Below are positions 23,568-34,943 of a stretch of 64,000 bases of DNA, in pieces. A model generated the notes under the pieces. The model saw nothing but the letters and a program-made list of their open reading frames with translations. It made no database searches and was not told where the DNA came from. Both the position numbers and the translations under genes were made by a program. This stretch comes from Mycobacterium sp. (GTDB taxonomy: Bacteria > Actinomycetota > Actinomycetes > Mycobacteriales > Mycobacteriaceae): NCBI GenBank assembly GCA_036782595.1, contig DAIPYT010000001.1, positions 97 through 64,096 of the forward strand, written 5' to 3'. How positions within the stretch are numbered: position 1 is the stretch's first letter; the number at the start of each line of letters is the position of its first letter.

Positions 23568-24448
23568 CTCAGCAGACACTTCGCCGCAGCGGCGAACTCG
23601 CGCGGCATCTCGATCTGCGGGTAGTGGCCGATACCCGGCATCTCCATCACCTCGGCGGCGGGCCGCAATTGGCGCAGGCCGGCCAGCACCGAGGTGGTGG
23701 CGACCGGATCGCCGGTGGCCCACAGAAAGCTCAGCGGTTTGCGCCAGTCTCGTACGGCGCCGTGCCAACGCGAGGAGAACGCCGCGCGCTCACCCAGATA
23801 GGAGCTGAGCAGGTGGACGATGTGCTGACCGTCGTTATGGGCAAGGAGCGCCCATTGCGCCTCGGCCTCCTGTGCTGTCAGCGGATGCTCGGTGCTGAAC
23901 AATTTCGCGAAGCCCCGCTGGAATCCGCGTTCATTGGTCAGCCGCGCAGCCAGCGGCCCCAGCCTGCCGCGCAGGATCTTCTGGATCGGGCGCAGACTGG
24001 CCCGGTCCAGGATCACACTGCCGTTGGTGAGCACGGCCTTGTGCAGATCGAACGACAGCGTCCCGTCGAGATCCCGGGCCATTAGTTCGGTGGCCACTGA
24101 GGTACCCATGTCGTGGGCGATCAGCACCACCGGTCCGGCGACCACATCTGCGGTGTGGTGGGCCACCACCTGTTCGACGATATCGGCCTGTTCCATCAGG
24201 CTGTAGCGATGTGGCCGGGGCTTGTCGGACAAGCCGAAGCCGAGAAAGTCCAGCGCCAGCCAGGCCTGACCGGCGAAGCGGTCGATCACGTCGCGGAAAT
24301 CGTAGGAGCTGGAGGGAAATCCGTGCAGAAGCAGTACAGCGGGGCCGCTCCCGGGGGCCGAACGGACGAACACCGATCCGGCCGGCGTGGACAACATCCG
24401 CCCGCCGTCACGCCAGCGCCGAACCGACTCCGGCAGCGCGGTGCTCAT
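23564..24448 (-). CDS. Alpha/beta hydrolase (Rv1834/LipZ-like, Asp nucleophile)
   Basis: HGFP, DFLGFGLSDKP, AHDMG, GHYPQ; TGATG-coupled to gcvP. Confidence 0.9.
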   Translation of the reverse strand: MSTALPESVRRWRDGGRMLSTPAGSVFVRSAPGSGPAVLLLHGFPSSSYDFRDVIDRFAGQAWLALDFLGFGLSDKPRPHRYSLMEQADIVEQVVAHHTADVVAGPVVLIAHDMGTSVATELMARDLDGTLSFDLHKAVLTNGSVILDRASLRPIQKILRGRLGPLAARLTNERGFQRGFAKLFSTEHPLTAQEAEAQWALLAHNDGQHIVHLLSSYLGERAAFSSRWHGAVRDWRKPLSFLWATGDPVATTSVLAGLRQLRPAAEVMEMPGIGHYPQIEMPREFAAAAKCLLS

Positions 24449-27300
24449 CAGTTGTGGGCGAATGCTTCGACCGGCGGGCAGGAGCACACCAGGTTGCGGT
24501 CCCCGTAGGCACCGTCGATACGTCGCACCGGCGGCCACACCTTGGGCCGGACGCCCTTACCCAACGGGTAGGCGGCCTGCTCGCGGCTGTAGGGGTGTTC
24601 CCAGTTGTCGACCAGCAGGCACTCCGCGGTGTGCGGGGCATTGCGCAACGGGTTGTCCTCTGCCGGCCACGCCCCGGACCCGACTCTGTCGATCTCGGCG
24701 CGGATCGCGATCATCGCGTCGCAGAAGGCATCCACTTCAGCCAGGCTCTCGCTCTCGGTGGGCTCCACCATCAACGTTCCGGCCACCGGGAAGCTCATGG
24801 TGGGTGCGTGAAAACCGTAGTCCGCCAGGCGTTTTGCCACATCGTCGACGGTGACGCCGGTGGCCTTGGTGATCGGCCGCAGATCCAGGATGCATTCGTG
24901 CGCCACCATGCCGTTCTCGCCGGTGTAGAGCACCGGGAAGTACTCATCAAGACGTCGGGCGATGTAGTTGGCCGACGCGATGGCGACCAGCGATGCCTTT
25001 CGCAGCCCGGTCGCGCCCATCATCCGGATATAGGCCCAGGTGATCGGCAGGATCGACGCCGACCCGTAGGGCGCCGCCGAAACCGTGGCACCCTGCGGGA
25101 GTTCGGGGGCCAGCGGGTGGCCCGGCAGATGCGGCGCCAGGTGTGCCCGGACCGCGACAGGCCCGACACCCGGGCCGCCGCCGCCGTGCGGGATGCAGAA
25201 CGTCTTGTGCAGGTTCAGGTGGCTAACGTCACCGCCGAACCTGCCGGGCCTCGCCAAGCCCACCAGTGCGTTGAGGTTGGCGCCGTCGACGTAGACCTGA
25301 CCGCCCGCGTCATGGACGGCGGCGCAGATCTCGGCGATGTCGTGCTCGTAGACACCGTGTGTGGACGGGTAGGTGATCATCAGAGCGGCCAGCGAGTCGG
25401 CGTGCTCCTCGACCTTGGCCCTGAGTTCGTCGAGGTCGACGTCGCCGTTCTCCCGGCAGCCGACGACCACCACCCGCATACCGACCATGGCTGCCGAGGC
25501 GGCGTTCGTGCCGTGCGCACTCGAGGGGATCAAGCAGACGTCGCGATGCGAGTCCCCCCGTTGTGCGTGGTAGGCGTGGATCGCCAGCAGTCCGGCGTAT
25601 TCACCCTGCGATCCGGCGTTGGGTTGGAATGAGATCGCGTCATAGCCGGTGATGCCGGTGAGCCACTGCTGCAGATCGGCGATCAACCGTCGCAGGCCAG
25701 ACGCGTCGTCGGCCGGGGCGAACGGGTGCTGCCGACCGAACTCGGGCCAGGTGACCGACTCCATCTCGGCGGCCGCATTGAGTTTCATGGTGCAGGAACC
25801 CAGCGGGATCATCGTCCGGTCCAGTGCCAGGTCCTTATCGGCCAGCGACCGCAGGTACCGCATCATCGCAGTCTCCGTGCGGTAACGGTGGAACGCCGGG
25901 TGAGATAGGAATTCCGTTGTGCGACTGACAATCTCGGGTCCACCGAAGGATCCAACGACGGCCGCGCCGAACGACTCGAGAACCGCCGCGACATGCTCAT
26001 CGGTGGTGGCCTCATCGCAGGAGACAGAGACGTGGTCAGCATCCGGACGCCAGATGTTGATACCGCGCTTGCGGGCGGCATCCTGGATGGCCACGGCCCG
26101 GCCGGGAACGTGGGCCAGCACCGTGTCGAAGAAGGAGTCGTGCACCACCTCGACGCCGACGGCGTTCAGACCGCCGGCCACCTTGCGGGCGTGGCCGTGT
26201 ACCCGGCGAGCGATCGCCGCGAGTCCGTCGGGGCCGTGATAGCTGGCGTACATCGCCGCCATCACCGCCAGCAGCACCTGGGCGGTACAGATATTGGACG
26301 TCGCCTTGTCCCGGCGGATGTGCTGCTCGCGGGTTTGCAGCGACAGTCGGTACGCCGGAGCGCCGTCGGCGTCCTGGGAGACACCGACCAGACGTCCCGG
26401 CAGTTGGCGCGCGTGAGCGGTGTGGACGGCCAGGTACCCCGCATGGGGACCACCGAATCCCATTGGCACACCGAACCGCTGGGCGGTTCCGAAGGCAACG
26501 TCAGCGCCCACGTCACCGGGCGGAGCGACCAGGGTGCAGGCCAGCAGGTCGGCACCGAGGGCGACCAGCGCACCGCGTTCGTGGGCTTGCTCGACGAGCT
26601 TGGACCAGTCGGCAATCCTGCCGCTGGCGCCGGGCATCTGGACGATTACTCCGAAGAAGTCGCCGTCGGGCAGGCCCAGATGCAGGTCCGCGGTGACGAT
26701 CTCGATGCCCAGCGGTTCGGCCCGGGTGGCCAGGATCGCCGCGGTCTGGGGGAACAGGTCGGAGTCGACAGCCAACCGGTTCGACGAGCCTCGGCTCGCC
26801 CGGTGCATGAGTGTCATCGCCTCGGCGGCCGCGGTGGCCTCATCGAGCATCGAGGCGTTGGCGATGTCCAGGCCGGTCAGGTCGGAGACCATCGTCTGGA
26901 AGTTCAGCAGCGCCTCGAGTCGGCCCTGGCTGATCTCCGGCTGGTAGGGGGTGTAGGCGGTGTACCAAGCCGGGTTCTCCATGATGTTGCGCAGCAGCAC
27001 CGGTGGGGTCAGCGTGTCGTAGTAGCCCTGTCCGATCATCGAGACCGCGACGGTGTTGGCATCGGCCATCGCCCGCAATTCGGCCAGCGCCTGATGCTCG
27101 GTGGCCGCAGCCGGCAGCGACTCCAGGCCCGGGGCGACTCCGGAGTCCCCGAGGGAGTCGAGGATGCCGGCCGGCAGTGCCTTGACGGCCAACTCGTCGA
27201 GGGAGTCGACGCCGATCACGTCCAGCATGGCGGTCAGATCGCCGGAGTCGGGGCCGATGTGGCGGGTGGCGAAGTCGGTGGGGTCGGTCACTTCAGGCAC
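24448..27300 (-). CDS. gcvP: Glycine dehydrogenase (decarboxylating), P protein
   Basis: '[16 protein letters not shown]', 'ATSNICTAQ', 'LGSCTMKLN', 'HLNLHKTF'. Confidence 0.98.
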   Translation of the reverse strand: MPEVTDPTDFATRHIGPDSGDLTAMLDVIGVDSLDELAVKALPAGILDSLGDSGVAPGLESLPAAATEHQALAELRAMADANTVAVSMIGQGYYDTLTPPVLLRNIMENPAWYTAYTPYQPEISQGRLEALLNFQTMVSDLTGLDIANASMLDEATAAAEAMTLMHRASRGSSNRLAVDSDLFPQTAAILATRAEPLGIEIVTADLHLGLPDGDFFGVIVQMPGASGRIADWSKLVEQAHERGALVALGADLLACTLVAPPGDVGADVAFGTAQRFGVPMGFGGPHAGYLAVHTAHARQLPGRLVGVSQDADGAPAYRLSLQTREQHIRRDKATSNICTAQVLLAVMAAMYASYHGPDGLAAIARRVHGHARKVAGGLNAVGVEVVHDSFFDTVLAHVPGRAVAIQDAARKRGINIWRPDADHVSVSCDEATTDEHVAAVLESFGAAVVGSFGGPEIVSRTTEFLSHPAFHRYRTETAMMRYLRSLADKDLALDRTMIPLGSCTMKLNAAAEMESVTWPEFGRQHPFAPADDASGLRRLIADLQQWLTGITGYDAISFQPNAGSQGEYAGLLAIHAYHAQRGDSHRDVCLIPSSAHGTNAASAAMVGMRVVVVGCRENGDVDLDELRAKVEEHADSLAALMITYPSTHGVYEHDIAEICAAVHDAGGQVYVDGANLNALVGLARPGRFGGDVSHLNLHKTFCIPHGGGGPGVGPVAVRAHLAPHLPGHPLAPELPQGATVSAAPYGSASILPITWAYIRMMGATGLRKASLVAIASANYIARRLDEYFPVLYTGENGMVAHECILDLRPITKATGVTVDDVAKRLADYGFHAPTMSFPVAGTLMVEPTESESLAEVDAFCDAMIAIRAEIDRVGSGAWPAEDNPLRNAPHTAECLLVDNWEHPYSREQAAYPLGKGVRPKVWPPVRRIDGAYGDRNLVCSCPPVEAFAHN

Positions 27301-27334
27301 TCCTAGCGGGCGGACGCAGTCGATGGACGTCCTC

Positions 27335-27530
27335 TCCCTCTGTCGCGGGTGCCTGAGAGATTCGGCGGCGAGCGCCTTTCCCCATGGGCGGGTGGCACGG
27401 CTTTACGGCCGGCCACCGCTTTCCAGAGGCATCGTGACCGCGCACGGTCCGGGGGCCTGAGAGGTTGACGGAGAGGTGTTGCTCCTTCGGCGTCCGCGGC
27501 TGGCTGCCGCGAAACTCTCCCGCGCGGGGT
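27335..27530 (-). ncRNA. Tandem glycine riboswitch upstream of gcvP
   Basis: Minus strand reads GGGAGAG...GCCGAAGGAGCAA...CTCTCAGGC (aptamer 1) then CTCTGGAAAG...AATCTCTCAGGCA...GACAGAG (aptamer 2). Confidence 0.93.
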
Positions 27531-27662
27531 CGTTAATGCGTCTCCCAGTCTAGCCGTGGGCACAGGAGAAACGGAAAAACCGGCACCCTCGGGTCGGTGT
27601 CGGTCTTAAGATTTTTCAATCCTGTCGCAAGTAGCGCGACACCTGTTTGCCGGGAGGCATCC

Positions 27663-28697
27663 ATGAGTGCAGAACCTATCCTCGGCCGGTTCACCGGTAT
27701 CGCAGTAGCCCTCGGTATCGGCGTGGCGCTCGCCAACGGAGCAGCAGTGGCCGGCGCCGATAGGGGCGAGGGTTCGCCTTCCCGGGAGTCGGCGTCGGCG
27801 CGGTCAAGTAGCAGCGCCGATGCGGTTGCCGGACCCAAGCGCGCCGCGCGCGCGGCGGGGGTCACGAAGCCGGGGGTTGTGAAGCCGGCGGCCGCGACCG
27901 TGCGGGCAGGCACGGCCAGAGCGACAGCCGCCGCGCCGTCCGCGCTGACTCCGTCGGCGACGGCGCTCGCCCCGGATCCCAAAGCCACCGTGACGACCGA
28001 GTACGGCGAACTGGGCAAGTGGATGATCAATAAGAACGGCCAGGTCGCGGACTGGGTGGGGCTGCCGTATTGCGCCACCGACCCGTGCAAGACCCTCCAG
28101 GAACCCATCAACACGATCATCACCGTCGAGGCGCGCAGCAAGTTCGCCGCGGAGGCCAAGCTCAACCGGACTCTGCGCAAGGCGGGTTTCGCGCCGTCGT
28201 GCTGCAGCAGTGTTGGCTACAAGGGAATCGTCGGTGACGAGACGTCCCAGCAGATGCCGCGAGGTGGCATCCTCGGACTCGGCACCTTGGGCCCCGGGTT
28301 TATCGAGCGCGGGCTTCTGGGCCTCATCGCCGGAATCGGCCCCGCTTACCGCGATGCGCCGTTCTGGGCGGCCAACAGCCATTTGCGCACCTTCGGCGGC
28401 GTTTCCGACGGTAACGGCAGCTACGTGTTCACCGCATCGGTGAGCGAGGAGTACCTCACCAAGGACCCGGCGACCGGGAAGACGACCCACGGCTACGAAT
28501 CCTTCAACCAGGCGCGGTCTGCGCTGCTCGCCGGCATGCAGAAGGCCGGTGCGACCAGCCAGGGATTGGTCGAGATGAACAACAAGATCCCTGCCCTGGA
28601 CCCGACCTACTCCACCGGCGACCATGACGGGCTCGCACAGGTCATCGCGCTCAGCGGAATGGCGACGTTCGCCTGGCGTGCGCCGAATCCGGGATAG
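27663..28697 (+). CDS. Secreted hypothetical protein with low-complexity linker and possible LssY_C-like domain
   Basis: Signal 'GIAVALGIGVALANGAAVAGAD', S/A/T-rich linker, globular C-terminus with EPIN, AGF, HLR and TGDHDG. Confidence 0.75.
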   Translation: MSAEPILGRFTGIAVALGIGVALANGAAVAGADRGEGSPSRESASARSSSSADAVAGPKRAARAAGVTKPGVVKPAAATVRAGTARATAAAPSALTPSATALAPDPKATVTTEYGELGKWMINKNGQVADWVGLPYCATDPCKTLQEPINTIITVEARSKFAAEAKLNRTLRKAGFAPSCCSSVGYKGIVGDETSQQMPRGGILGLGTLGPGFIERGLLGLIAGIGPAYRDAPFWAANSHLRTFGGVSDGNGSYVFTASVSEEYLTKDPATGKTTHGYESFNQARSALLAGMQKAGATSQGLVEMNNKIPALDPTYSTGDHDGLAQVIALSGMATFAWRAPNPG

Positions 28698-28706
28698 GCG
28701 GTTCGC

Positions 28707-29321
28707 TCAGCCGATTTTGCGGTCGCGGGTCTTACGCCGAGAGGCCAATTCGTCTTCGGGAGCGGGGATCGACTCACCACCGTCGGCGCGCTCACCCGGG
28801 AAGTCGGCGATCGCACCGGTCAACTCGCGCATGGCGCCGCTGACGGCGATGCCGAACACACCCTGCCCACCTTGCAGCAGGTCGACCACCTCTTCGGCGG
28901 AGGTGCACTCGTACACCGTGGTGCCGTCTGAAAACAGGGTGATGTTGGCCAGGTCCTGGACGCCGCGATGACGCAGGTGATCGACGGCGACCCGGATGTT
29001 TTGCAGCGAGATGCCGGTGTTGAGAAGCCGTTTGACGATCTTGAGAACCAGGATGTCCTTGAAGGAGTACAGCCGTTGGCTTCCGGAACCGGCGGCTCCG
29101 CGGATGGACGGGACCACCAGCGAGGTGCGCGCCCAGTAATCCAACTGGCGGTAGGTGATCCCGGCGATCTGGCAGGCGCTGGGCCCGCGGTAGCCAACCA
29201 ATTCATCAGGCACCGAATCATCGGGGAACAGCCCACCCTGTACGGGAGGACTCACCGTCGCCATCACTGGCGCGGTCGGGGCAGCAAAATCGAGCTGTTC
29301 CTGACGTGGCTCGTCACCCAC
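28707..29321 (-). CDS. MerR-family regulator (Rv1830/McdR-like)
   Basis: 'GYRGPSACQIAGITYRQLDYWART', 'SQRLYSFKD'. Confidence 0.93.
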   Translation of the reverse strand: MGDEPRQEQLDFAAPTAPVMATVSPPVQGGLFPDDSVPDELVGYRGPSACQIAGITYRQLDYWARTSLVVPSIRGAAGSGSQRLYSFKDILVLKIVKRLLNTGISLQNIRVAVDHLRHRGVQDLANITLFSDGTTVYECTSAEEVVDLLQGGQGVFGIAVSGAMRELTGAIADFPGERADGGESIPAPEDELASRRKTRDRKIG

Positions 29322-29536
29322 GATGATTCCTCTCGCCCATTCCAGCCAGTCCCCCGCCGGCCGCGTGGTGCTCGCAAGTGCACTGAGCATACGCCAGCCG
29401 ACGGGCGGTTGTGGCTCCCGCCACAACCCAAGTCGCATCCGAAGTATGAGCAGGGCGGATCACACTCACCGCGTCGCGTTGGCGTGTCGGGACAGCCGTT
29501 GACACAGATGAGACTCATCCGTGATGTGCGGCCCGC

Positions 29537-30031
29537 TCAGCTGGCTTTGAAGTCGTCCGGGGAGATGCTGTCGAGGAACTCCTTGAACTTCTCGACCTCA
29601 TCCTCACGAACTGTCCCGGTCGACTCTTCGTCGTTCTCGTCGGGGACGAGCAACCCCGCCTCGTCGAGGACCGCATCCTCGACGTGGATCGGTACGCCCA
29701 TCCGCAACGCGATGGCCACCGAGTCCGACGGACGAGCCGAAACCCGGATCTCGTTGTCGAATATCAGGTCGGCGTAGAAGGTGCCTTCCTGGAGGTCGAC
29801 GATGCGAACCTCTTTGAGCGAATGCCCAAGTGCGCCAATCACATCCCGGAACAGGTCATGGGTCAGCGGCCGGGCGGGCTCGACCCCCTGCTGTTCGAGG
29901 ATGATCGCGTTGGCCTCGTTCGGGCCGATCCAGATCGGCAGGTAGCGATCGCCGGTGGCCTCGCGAAGCAGCAGGACCGGCTGATTGGCCGGTTGTTCGA
30001 CACGAACCCCGACGACTCGTACCTCAGCCAT
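29537..30031 (-). CDS. Bifunctional nuclease family protein (DUF151, Rv1829-like)
   Basis: 'LPIWIG', 'RPLTHDL', 'ARPSDSVA'. Confidence 0.93.
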   Translation of the reverse strand: MAEVRVVGVRVEQPANQPVLLLREATGDRYLPIWIGPNEANAIILEQQGVEPARPLTHDLFRDVIGALGHSLKEVRIVDLQEGTFYADLIFDNEIRVSARPSDSVAIALRMGVPIHVEDAVLDEAGLLVPDENDEESTGTVREDEVEKFKEFLDSISPDDFKAS

Positions 30032-30126
30032 CCGCGGACCTCCGCCCACTCATGTCCATCGCGTCCCTGACAGACACTCAGGAAGTCTAGTCCTGATTGC
30101 CCGACTTCTCCGCGGGACTTCCGTCC

Positions 30127-30852
30127 TCAGCGATCCAGTACGTCGCGGACCGCCGACTTGATCAATGAGGTGTGCAGCGTAATGGCCAGTGCCGCAACCT
30201 CACGGGCCAGATCGTCGGCCCGGTCGCGGGCACCGGTGCGGTCCGCCTTGCTCACCGGACCGGCGATCTGGGCGATCAGATCGGACTGCCGGTCGGCTGC
30301 CGACCGAAATGCGCGCAGGTGCCGGGGTTCCACGCCGTACTCGGCCAGTGCGGCCGCGCACTGGGCAATGGTCACCGCATGCTCGTCGAAAAAGCCCCCC
30401 GGGCCGGTGGTGATGATCCCAGCCCGGCACAGGGCGGTGATCAGCGCCGACGGCACATCGGATCGGGCGAGAAGATCCTCGCGGCTCAGCCGCACCGGCT
30501 TGGACGCGACCACCGCAGTGTCGGGGGCTCGGTCGTCACCGACCGGTACCAACCGGGGCGCCGGATACGGAGAGACCGGCAGTTCGCCGTCGGCCTGGGC
30601 GTCGAGTTGAGACTTGATGACCTTCAGCGGCAGGTACTGGTCGCGCTGCGCGGTCAGGATGAACCGCAGCCGGGCGCAGTCGTAGGCGGTGAACCTCCGG
30701 TAACCGGACGGACTGCGATCAGGGGTGACCAGGCCCTCGGACTCCAGGAACCGGATCTTGGAGATGGTCACATCGGGAAAATCCGGCCGCAGCAGATCCA
30801 GTACCGCGCCGATCGACATTCCGGCCGGTGCAGGACTATCGGGCGCGGTCAC
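30127..30852 (-). CDS. MerR-family regulator (Rv1828/FtsR-like)
   Basis: 'MSIGAVL...[23 protein letters not shown]'. Confidence 0.93.
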   Translation of the reverse strand: MTAPDSPAPAGMSIGAVLDLLRPDFPDVTISKIRFLESEGLVTPDRSPSGYRRFTAYDCARLRFILTAQRDQYLPLKVIKSQLDAQADGELPVSPYPAPRLVPVGDDRAPDTAVVASKPVRLSREDLLARSDVPSALITALCRAGIITTGPGGFFDEHAVTIAQCAAALAEYGVEPRHLRAFRSAADRQSDLIAQIAGPVSKADRTGARDRADDLAREVAALAITLHTSLIKSAVRDVLDR

Positions 30853-31334
30853 TAGCTGCCGGCACCACCTTCGCCGGCCGATCGCGGTCCCGTCAGAAAC
30901 ACCAGTCGGAACTTGCCGATCTGAACCTCGTCGCCGTTGGACAGGGCGGCCGAATCGACCGGCTCCCGGTTGACATAAGTCCCGTTGAGGCTGCCGACGT
31001 CGACCACCTGGAACTCGCCGCCCTCGGCGCGGAACTCCGCGTGCCGACGGCTGACCGTGACATCGTCGAGAAAGATGTCGGAGTCAGGGTGCCGGCCCGC
31101 CGACGTGGTCGGCTGGTCCAGCAGAAAACGCGAACCGGCGTTGGGGCCGCGCTTGACGACCAGCAGTGCCGAACCCGAGGGCAGACCCTCGACACCGGAC
31201 ACCGCCGACTCCGCGGCAGGGCCGGCCGGGGTGTCGAGGTCATTGAGGAAGTCGGCGCGAAACACCGAGGTCGTTTCGACGGTCAACTCGTCAGAGCCTT
31301 CCCCGATCCCCGACTGCCAGTCCTTCTGCGTCAC
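30852..31334 (-). CDS. garA: FHA-domain glycogen accumulation regulator GarA
   Basis: ETTS phospho-motif and FHA '[20 protein letters not shown]', 'SLNGTYVN'; GTG after AGGAG. Confidence 0.96.
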   Translation of the reverse strand: MTQKDWQSGIGEGSDELTVETTSVFRADFLNDLDTPAGPAAESAVSGVEGLPSGSALLVVKRGPNAGSRFLLDQPTTSAGRHPDSDIFLDDVTVSRRHAEFRAEGGEFQVVDVGSLNGTYVNREPVDSAALSNGDEVQIGKFRLVFLTGPRSAGEGGAGS

Positions 31335-31344
31335 TCGCACTCCT

Positions 31345-31380
31345 ACTTTCAATAGCTGCCCAACTTTCAACAGCTGCGCA
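31345..31380. repeat. 18-bp imperfect direct repeat upstream of garA
   Basis: ACTTTCAATAGCTGCCCA followed by ACTTTCAACAGCTGCGCA (2 mismatches). Confidence 0.8.
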
Positions 31381-31483
31381 ACCGCCTGAGTTGACCGTAC
31401 CGGTCAGCGGCCGCCGCTGTCCCGACCACTGCAGGATCACCCGTTCGGCAGGCACCCTAACAACAAAATTCCAGCAGTCTTAG

Positions 31484-31876
31484 TCAGCTCAGCGTGGCCT
31501 GATAGGCCTCGGGATCCAACAGCCCCGCCCACCCCTGCTCGAGGGTTGCCGAATCGGTGCGCAGTTCCAGCAGCCAGCCTTGGCCGTAGGGGTCCGAATT
31601 GATCAACTGCGGACTGCCGTCGAGGTCGGTGTTGACCGCGACCACCGTCGCCGACACCGGGGCGTAGAGATCCGACACCGACTTGGTGGACTCCACCTCA
31701 CCGAATGACTCACCCGCGGTGACCGTGGCGCCGACGTCGGGCAATTGAACGTAGACGACATCCCCCAGCGAGGACTGCGCGAAATCGGTGATGCCGACCC
31801 GAACGGTGTCCTCGCCGGTGCGGCGGATCCACTCGTGTTCGGCGGTATAACGCAGGTCGGCGGGAATGTCGCTCAC
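31484..31876 (-). CDS. gcvH: Glycine cleavage system H protein
   Basis: 'HEW', '[15 protein letters not shown]', lipoyl 'VESTKSVSD', 'NSDPYG'. Confidence 0.97.
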   Translation of the reverse strand: MSDIPADLRYTAEHEWIRRTGEDTVRVGITDFAQSSLGDVVYVQLPDVGATVTAGESFGEVESTKSVSDLYAPVSATVVAVNTDLDGSPQLINSDPYGQGWLLELRTDSATLEQGWAGLLDPEAYQATLS

Positions 31877-31972
31877 GGTGCTCCTCTTGTCTGGCCGGGC
31901 GCGGCGCTCATCTGACCGGCTGAGCCTAGCTTCAGGCGGCGCTGTGGCGCATCTGTTCACCTGCGAGGCTGT

Positions 31973-32545
31973 TCAAACGCGGGGCAGCTGCTGAATCACC
32001 CTGCGAACCTGGATGAGGTACAGCACGGCCGACCACAGGTACATACCGGCCCCCCAGATCAAGAAGGCCCAGCCGATCGCCCCCACCACCCGGCTCCAGC
32101 CGGAATCCCACTGCCCCAACAGGATCAGCGGGAAGCCCGACATCAACGCGAAGGTCGCCGCCTTGCCGATGTAGGTGACCGGAAGTGCCGTCACCCCGCG
32201 GTTGCGTACCACCGGCAACATCGCGGCCAGCAGCAGGTCGCGGCCCAACAGCAACGCAACGAACCACCACGGCACCACACCGGCCAGCGCCAGCCCCAGC
32301 GGGACGGCCACCATGTACACCCGGTCCACCAACGGATCCAGTAACTCCCCCAGCCGAGACGACTGGTTGGCGACCAGGCGGGCGATCTTGCCGTCGGCCC
32401 AGTCCGAAACCCCGCTGAACATCAGGATGGCCACCGCCGGACCGTAGTGGTGCCGAGCCAGCAGCAGGTAGAGGAAGACCGGCACCAGTGCGAGCCGGAC
32501 CACGCTGAGGACGTTGGGAATCGTCAGGACCCGGCCCTGAAGCAC
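31973..32545 (-). CDS. pgsA2: CDP-alcohol phosphatidyltransferase (PgsA2)
   Basis: 'TIPNVLS..R', 'DWADGKIAR...S.LG..LDP..D'; GTG overlaps the secA2 TAG. Confidence 0.92.
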   Translation of the reverse strand: MLQGRVLTIPNVLSVVRLALVPVFLYLLLARHHYGPAVAILMFSGVSDWADGKIARLVANQSSRLGELLDPLVDRVYMVAVPLGLALAGVVPWWFVALLLGRDLLLAAMLPVVRNRGVTALPVTYIGKAATFALMSGFPLILLGQWDSGWSRVVGAIGWAFLIWGAGMYLWSAVLYLIQVRRVIQQLPRV

Positions 32546-34908
32546 TAGCGGAACACTCCTGGGAGACTGAGCGCCGAAAGAGTGTCGTCCTGCATCGGGT
32601 TGTCGTGGACCATGTAGGTCCACGTCGACGTGGGGCGGGCCAGCTTCGACAGGTCAAGCCCGGGTTCGTTCTCGAGCACGTTGGCCGTCTCGAAGGTCTG
32701 CTGGGACGCCTCGATGGCATCGGCGGCCAGGTGGGTGAACGCATCGACGGCCATCCGATGGAATTCGTCGAGCGGGTTCTGCCGGCCCAGGGCACGCAGG
32801 TGGATGCTCTCCCGGATGTCGGAGAGGTAAGCCAGATGATCGGCCCAGCCACGATCCAGGTGGTAGAGCATGATGTTGCGGCAGATCCGCTCGAGATCCT
32901 CCTCGGGCTCGGGCAGCAGCTCCGACAGCTCGGCGTAACGGTCCGGTGAAAGCTCCTGCAGTTCCTCCCGCGCGGTCGCGGTGCTCAGCAGCGTATTGCG
33001 CCGCTCGACGATGATCGCCCGCTGCTGGGCGATGAGCTGGTTGTACCGCCAGGTGTTGGCATGCACGTCGAGCAGACGCCCCTCGGCGATCCGCTGGGCG
33101 TGGTCGAGCAGCTGAGTGGCTTTGGGGCTGGTGATACGCCCGGTCTCGTCACACTCGGTGGGCAGTTTGGGGTTCTCCAGATTGGCGACGACAACGTCGT
33201 CCTCCCAACTGGAGAAGAACACCGTCGACCCGGGGTCACCCTGCCGGCCGGAGCGCCCGCGCAACTGGTTGTCCAGCCGCTGGGTGTTGTGCCGCCCGGT
33301 GCCGATCACGTGCAGGCCGCCGAGTTCGGCGACCTCCCTTTTCTGCGCGGAGTCGTCGTCGGCGTCGGAACCGCCCAGCCGAATGTCGGTGCCGCGGCCG
33401 GCCATCTGGGTCGACACCGTCACCGCACCCAGCTTTCCGGCTTCGGCGATGACGCGCGCCTCCTCCTCGTCGTTCTTGGCGTTGAGCACCACCGCCGGCA
33501 CTCCGCGGCGCACCAGGCGCTCGTGGAGATCTTCGGATTCAGCGACGTCCTGGGTTCCGACCAGGATCGGCTGTCCGGTGCTGTGCACCTCGATGATGTG
33601 GTCGACGACGGCGTCGTTCTTGGCGCCGGCGGTGATGTAGACCCGGTCGGGCTCATCCTCCCGACCGGTCGGGGTGTTGGGCGGGATCGGCGAGACACCG
33701 AGCTTGTAGAACTGCCGTAACTGCTCACCGGCGGCCAGCGCGGTACCGGTCATTCCGCACACCGTGGGATACCGGTTGACCAGCGCCTGCACCGTGATCG
33801 TGTCGAGTACCTCGCCGGTCTCGGTGGTCTCGATACCTTCCTTGACCTCGACGGCGGCCTGAAGGCCGTCGGGCCAACGCTGCAGGGCGGCGATCCGGCC
33901 GCGGGAGGCGTTGATCAGCTGAACGGCGCCATCTCGCACGATGTAATGCACATCGCGCTGCAGCAGCACGTGGGCGTGCAATGCGACATTGACTTCGGTC
34001 AGCGTGGTTCCGACGTGCTCCTCGGCGTACAGGTCGATTCCGCCGAGCGCCTTCTCCACTTTCTGAGCGCCGGCCTCGGTGAGGTGGACGTTGCGGTTGT
34101 CGGCGTCGGTGTCGTAATCCACCCCGGCGGTCAATTGGCCTACCAGCCGAACGATATGGACCTTGGGCGTCTCACGGTGCGTGGTGCCGGCCAGCACCAG
34201 GGGTACCAGAGCCTCATCGACGAGGACCGAGTCGGCCTCGTCGATCAGTGCGACGTCGGGGTTGGGTGAGACGAGATCGTCGACGTTGGTGACCAACTGA
34301 TCGCGCAGCACGTCAAAGCCGATCTCGTTGACCGACGCGTAGGTGACGTTGCACCGGTAGGCCGCGCGGCGTTCCTCTCGGGTGGAATCCTCGGTGATCC
34401 ACCCGACAGTCAGGCCGAGAGCCTCGATCAGCGGACCCATCCATTCGGCGTCGCGGCGGGCCAGGTAGTCGTTGATGGTCACCACGTGGACGCGCCGTCC
34501 GGCCAGAGCGTAACCGGCCGCGGCGATGGCACCGGACAGCGTCTTGCCTTCACCGGTGGCCATCTCGACGATGTCACCGGCCATCATCCGCAGCGCTCCG
34601 AGCAGCTGCACGTCGAACGGCCGCAGCCCGGTGGTGCGTTCGGCGGCCTCCCGGGCGATCGCCAGGAACTGCGGGAGGTCGGCGGAATCCGCCAGCTCCT
34701 GCAGTTCGAGGAGTTGCGCGGCCTTGGCCAGCTGCTCGTCATCGAGTCCGCGGGCCTTCTCATCGAAGGGCGCCGAGGCTTCCACCTCGGCCATGGTCTG
34801 GGCCTTGACCTTCTCGGTGGAGGCACCGAGCAGCCGCCAGAACCCGCGACTCACCCGACCTTGGCCGGGAGAGACGGTCTTGGGAGTATTCGAAGAACTT
34901 CTAGCCAC
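32545..34908 (-). CDS. secA2: Accessory Sec translocase SecA2
   Basis: [43 protein letters not shown]; shortened 787-aa form. Confidence 0.96.
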   Translation of the reverse strand: MARSSSNTPKTVSPGQGRVSRGFWRLLGASTEKVKAQTMAEVEASAPFDEKARGLDDEQLAKAAQLLELQELADSADLPQFLAIAREAAERTTGLRPFDVQLLGALRMMAGDIVEMATGEGKTLSGAIAAAGYALAGRRVHVVTINDYLARRDAEWMGPLIEALGLTVGWITEDSTREERRAAYRCNVTYASVNEIGFDVLRDQLVTNVDDLVSPNPDVALIDEADSVLVDEALVPLVLAGTTHRETPKVHIVRLVGQLTAGVDYDTDADNRNVHLTEAGAQKVEKALGGIDLYAEEHVGTTLTEVNVALHAHVLLQRDVHYIVRDGAVQLINASRGRIAALQRWPDGLQAAVEVKEGIETTETGEVLDTITVQALVNRYPTVCGMTGTALAAGEQLRQFYKLGVSPIPPNTPTGREDEPDRVYITAGAKNDAVVDHIIEVHSTGQPILVGTQDVAESEDLHERLVRRGVPAVVLNAKNDEEEARVIAEAGKLGAVTVSTQMAGRGTDIRLGGSDADDDSAQKREVAELGGLHVIGTGRHNTQRLDNQLRGRSGRQGDPGSTVFFSSWEDDVVVANLENPKLPTECDETGRITSPKATQLLDHAQRIAEGRLLDVHANTWRYNQLIAQQRAIIVERRNTLLSTATAREELQELSPDRYAELSELLPEPEEDLERICRNIMLYHLDRGWADHLAYLSDIRESIHLRALGRQNPLDEFHRMAVDAFTHLAADAIEASQQTFETANVLENEPGLDLSKLARPTSTWTYMVHDNPMQDDTLSALSLPGVFR

Positions 34909-34943
34909 CGCTCAACGGTACCGGCGGTTTACCGGCCTGCGTG

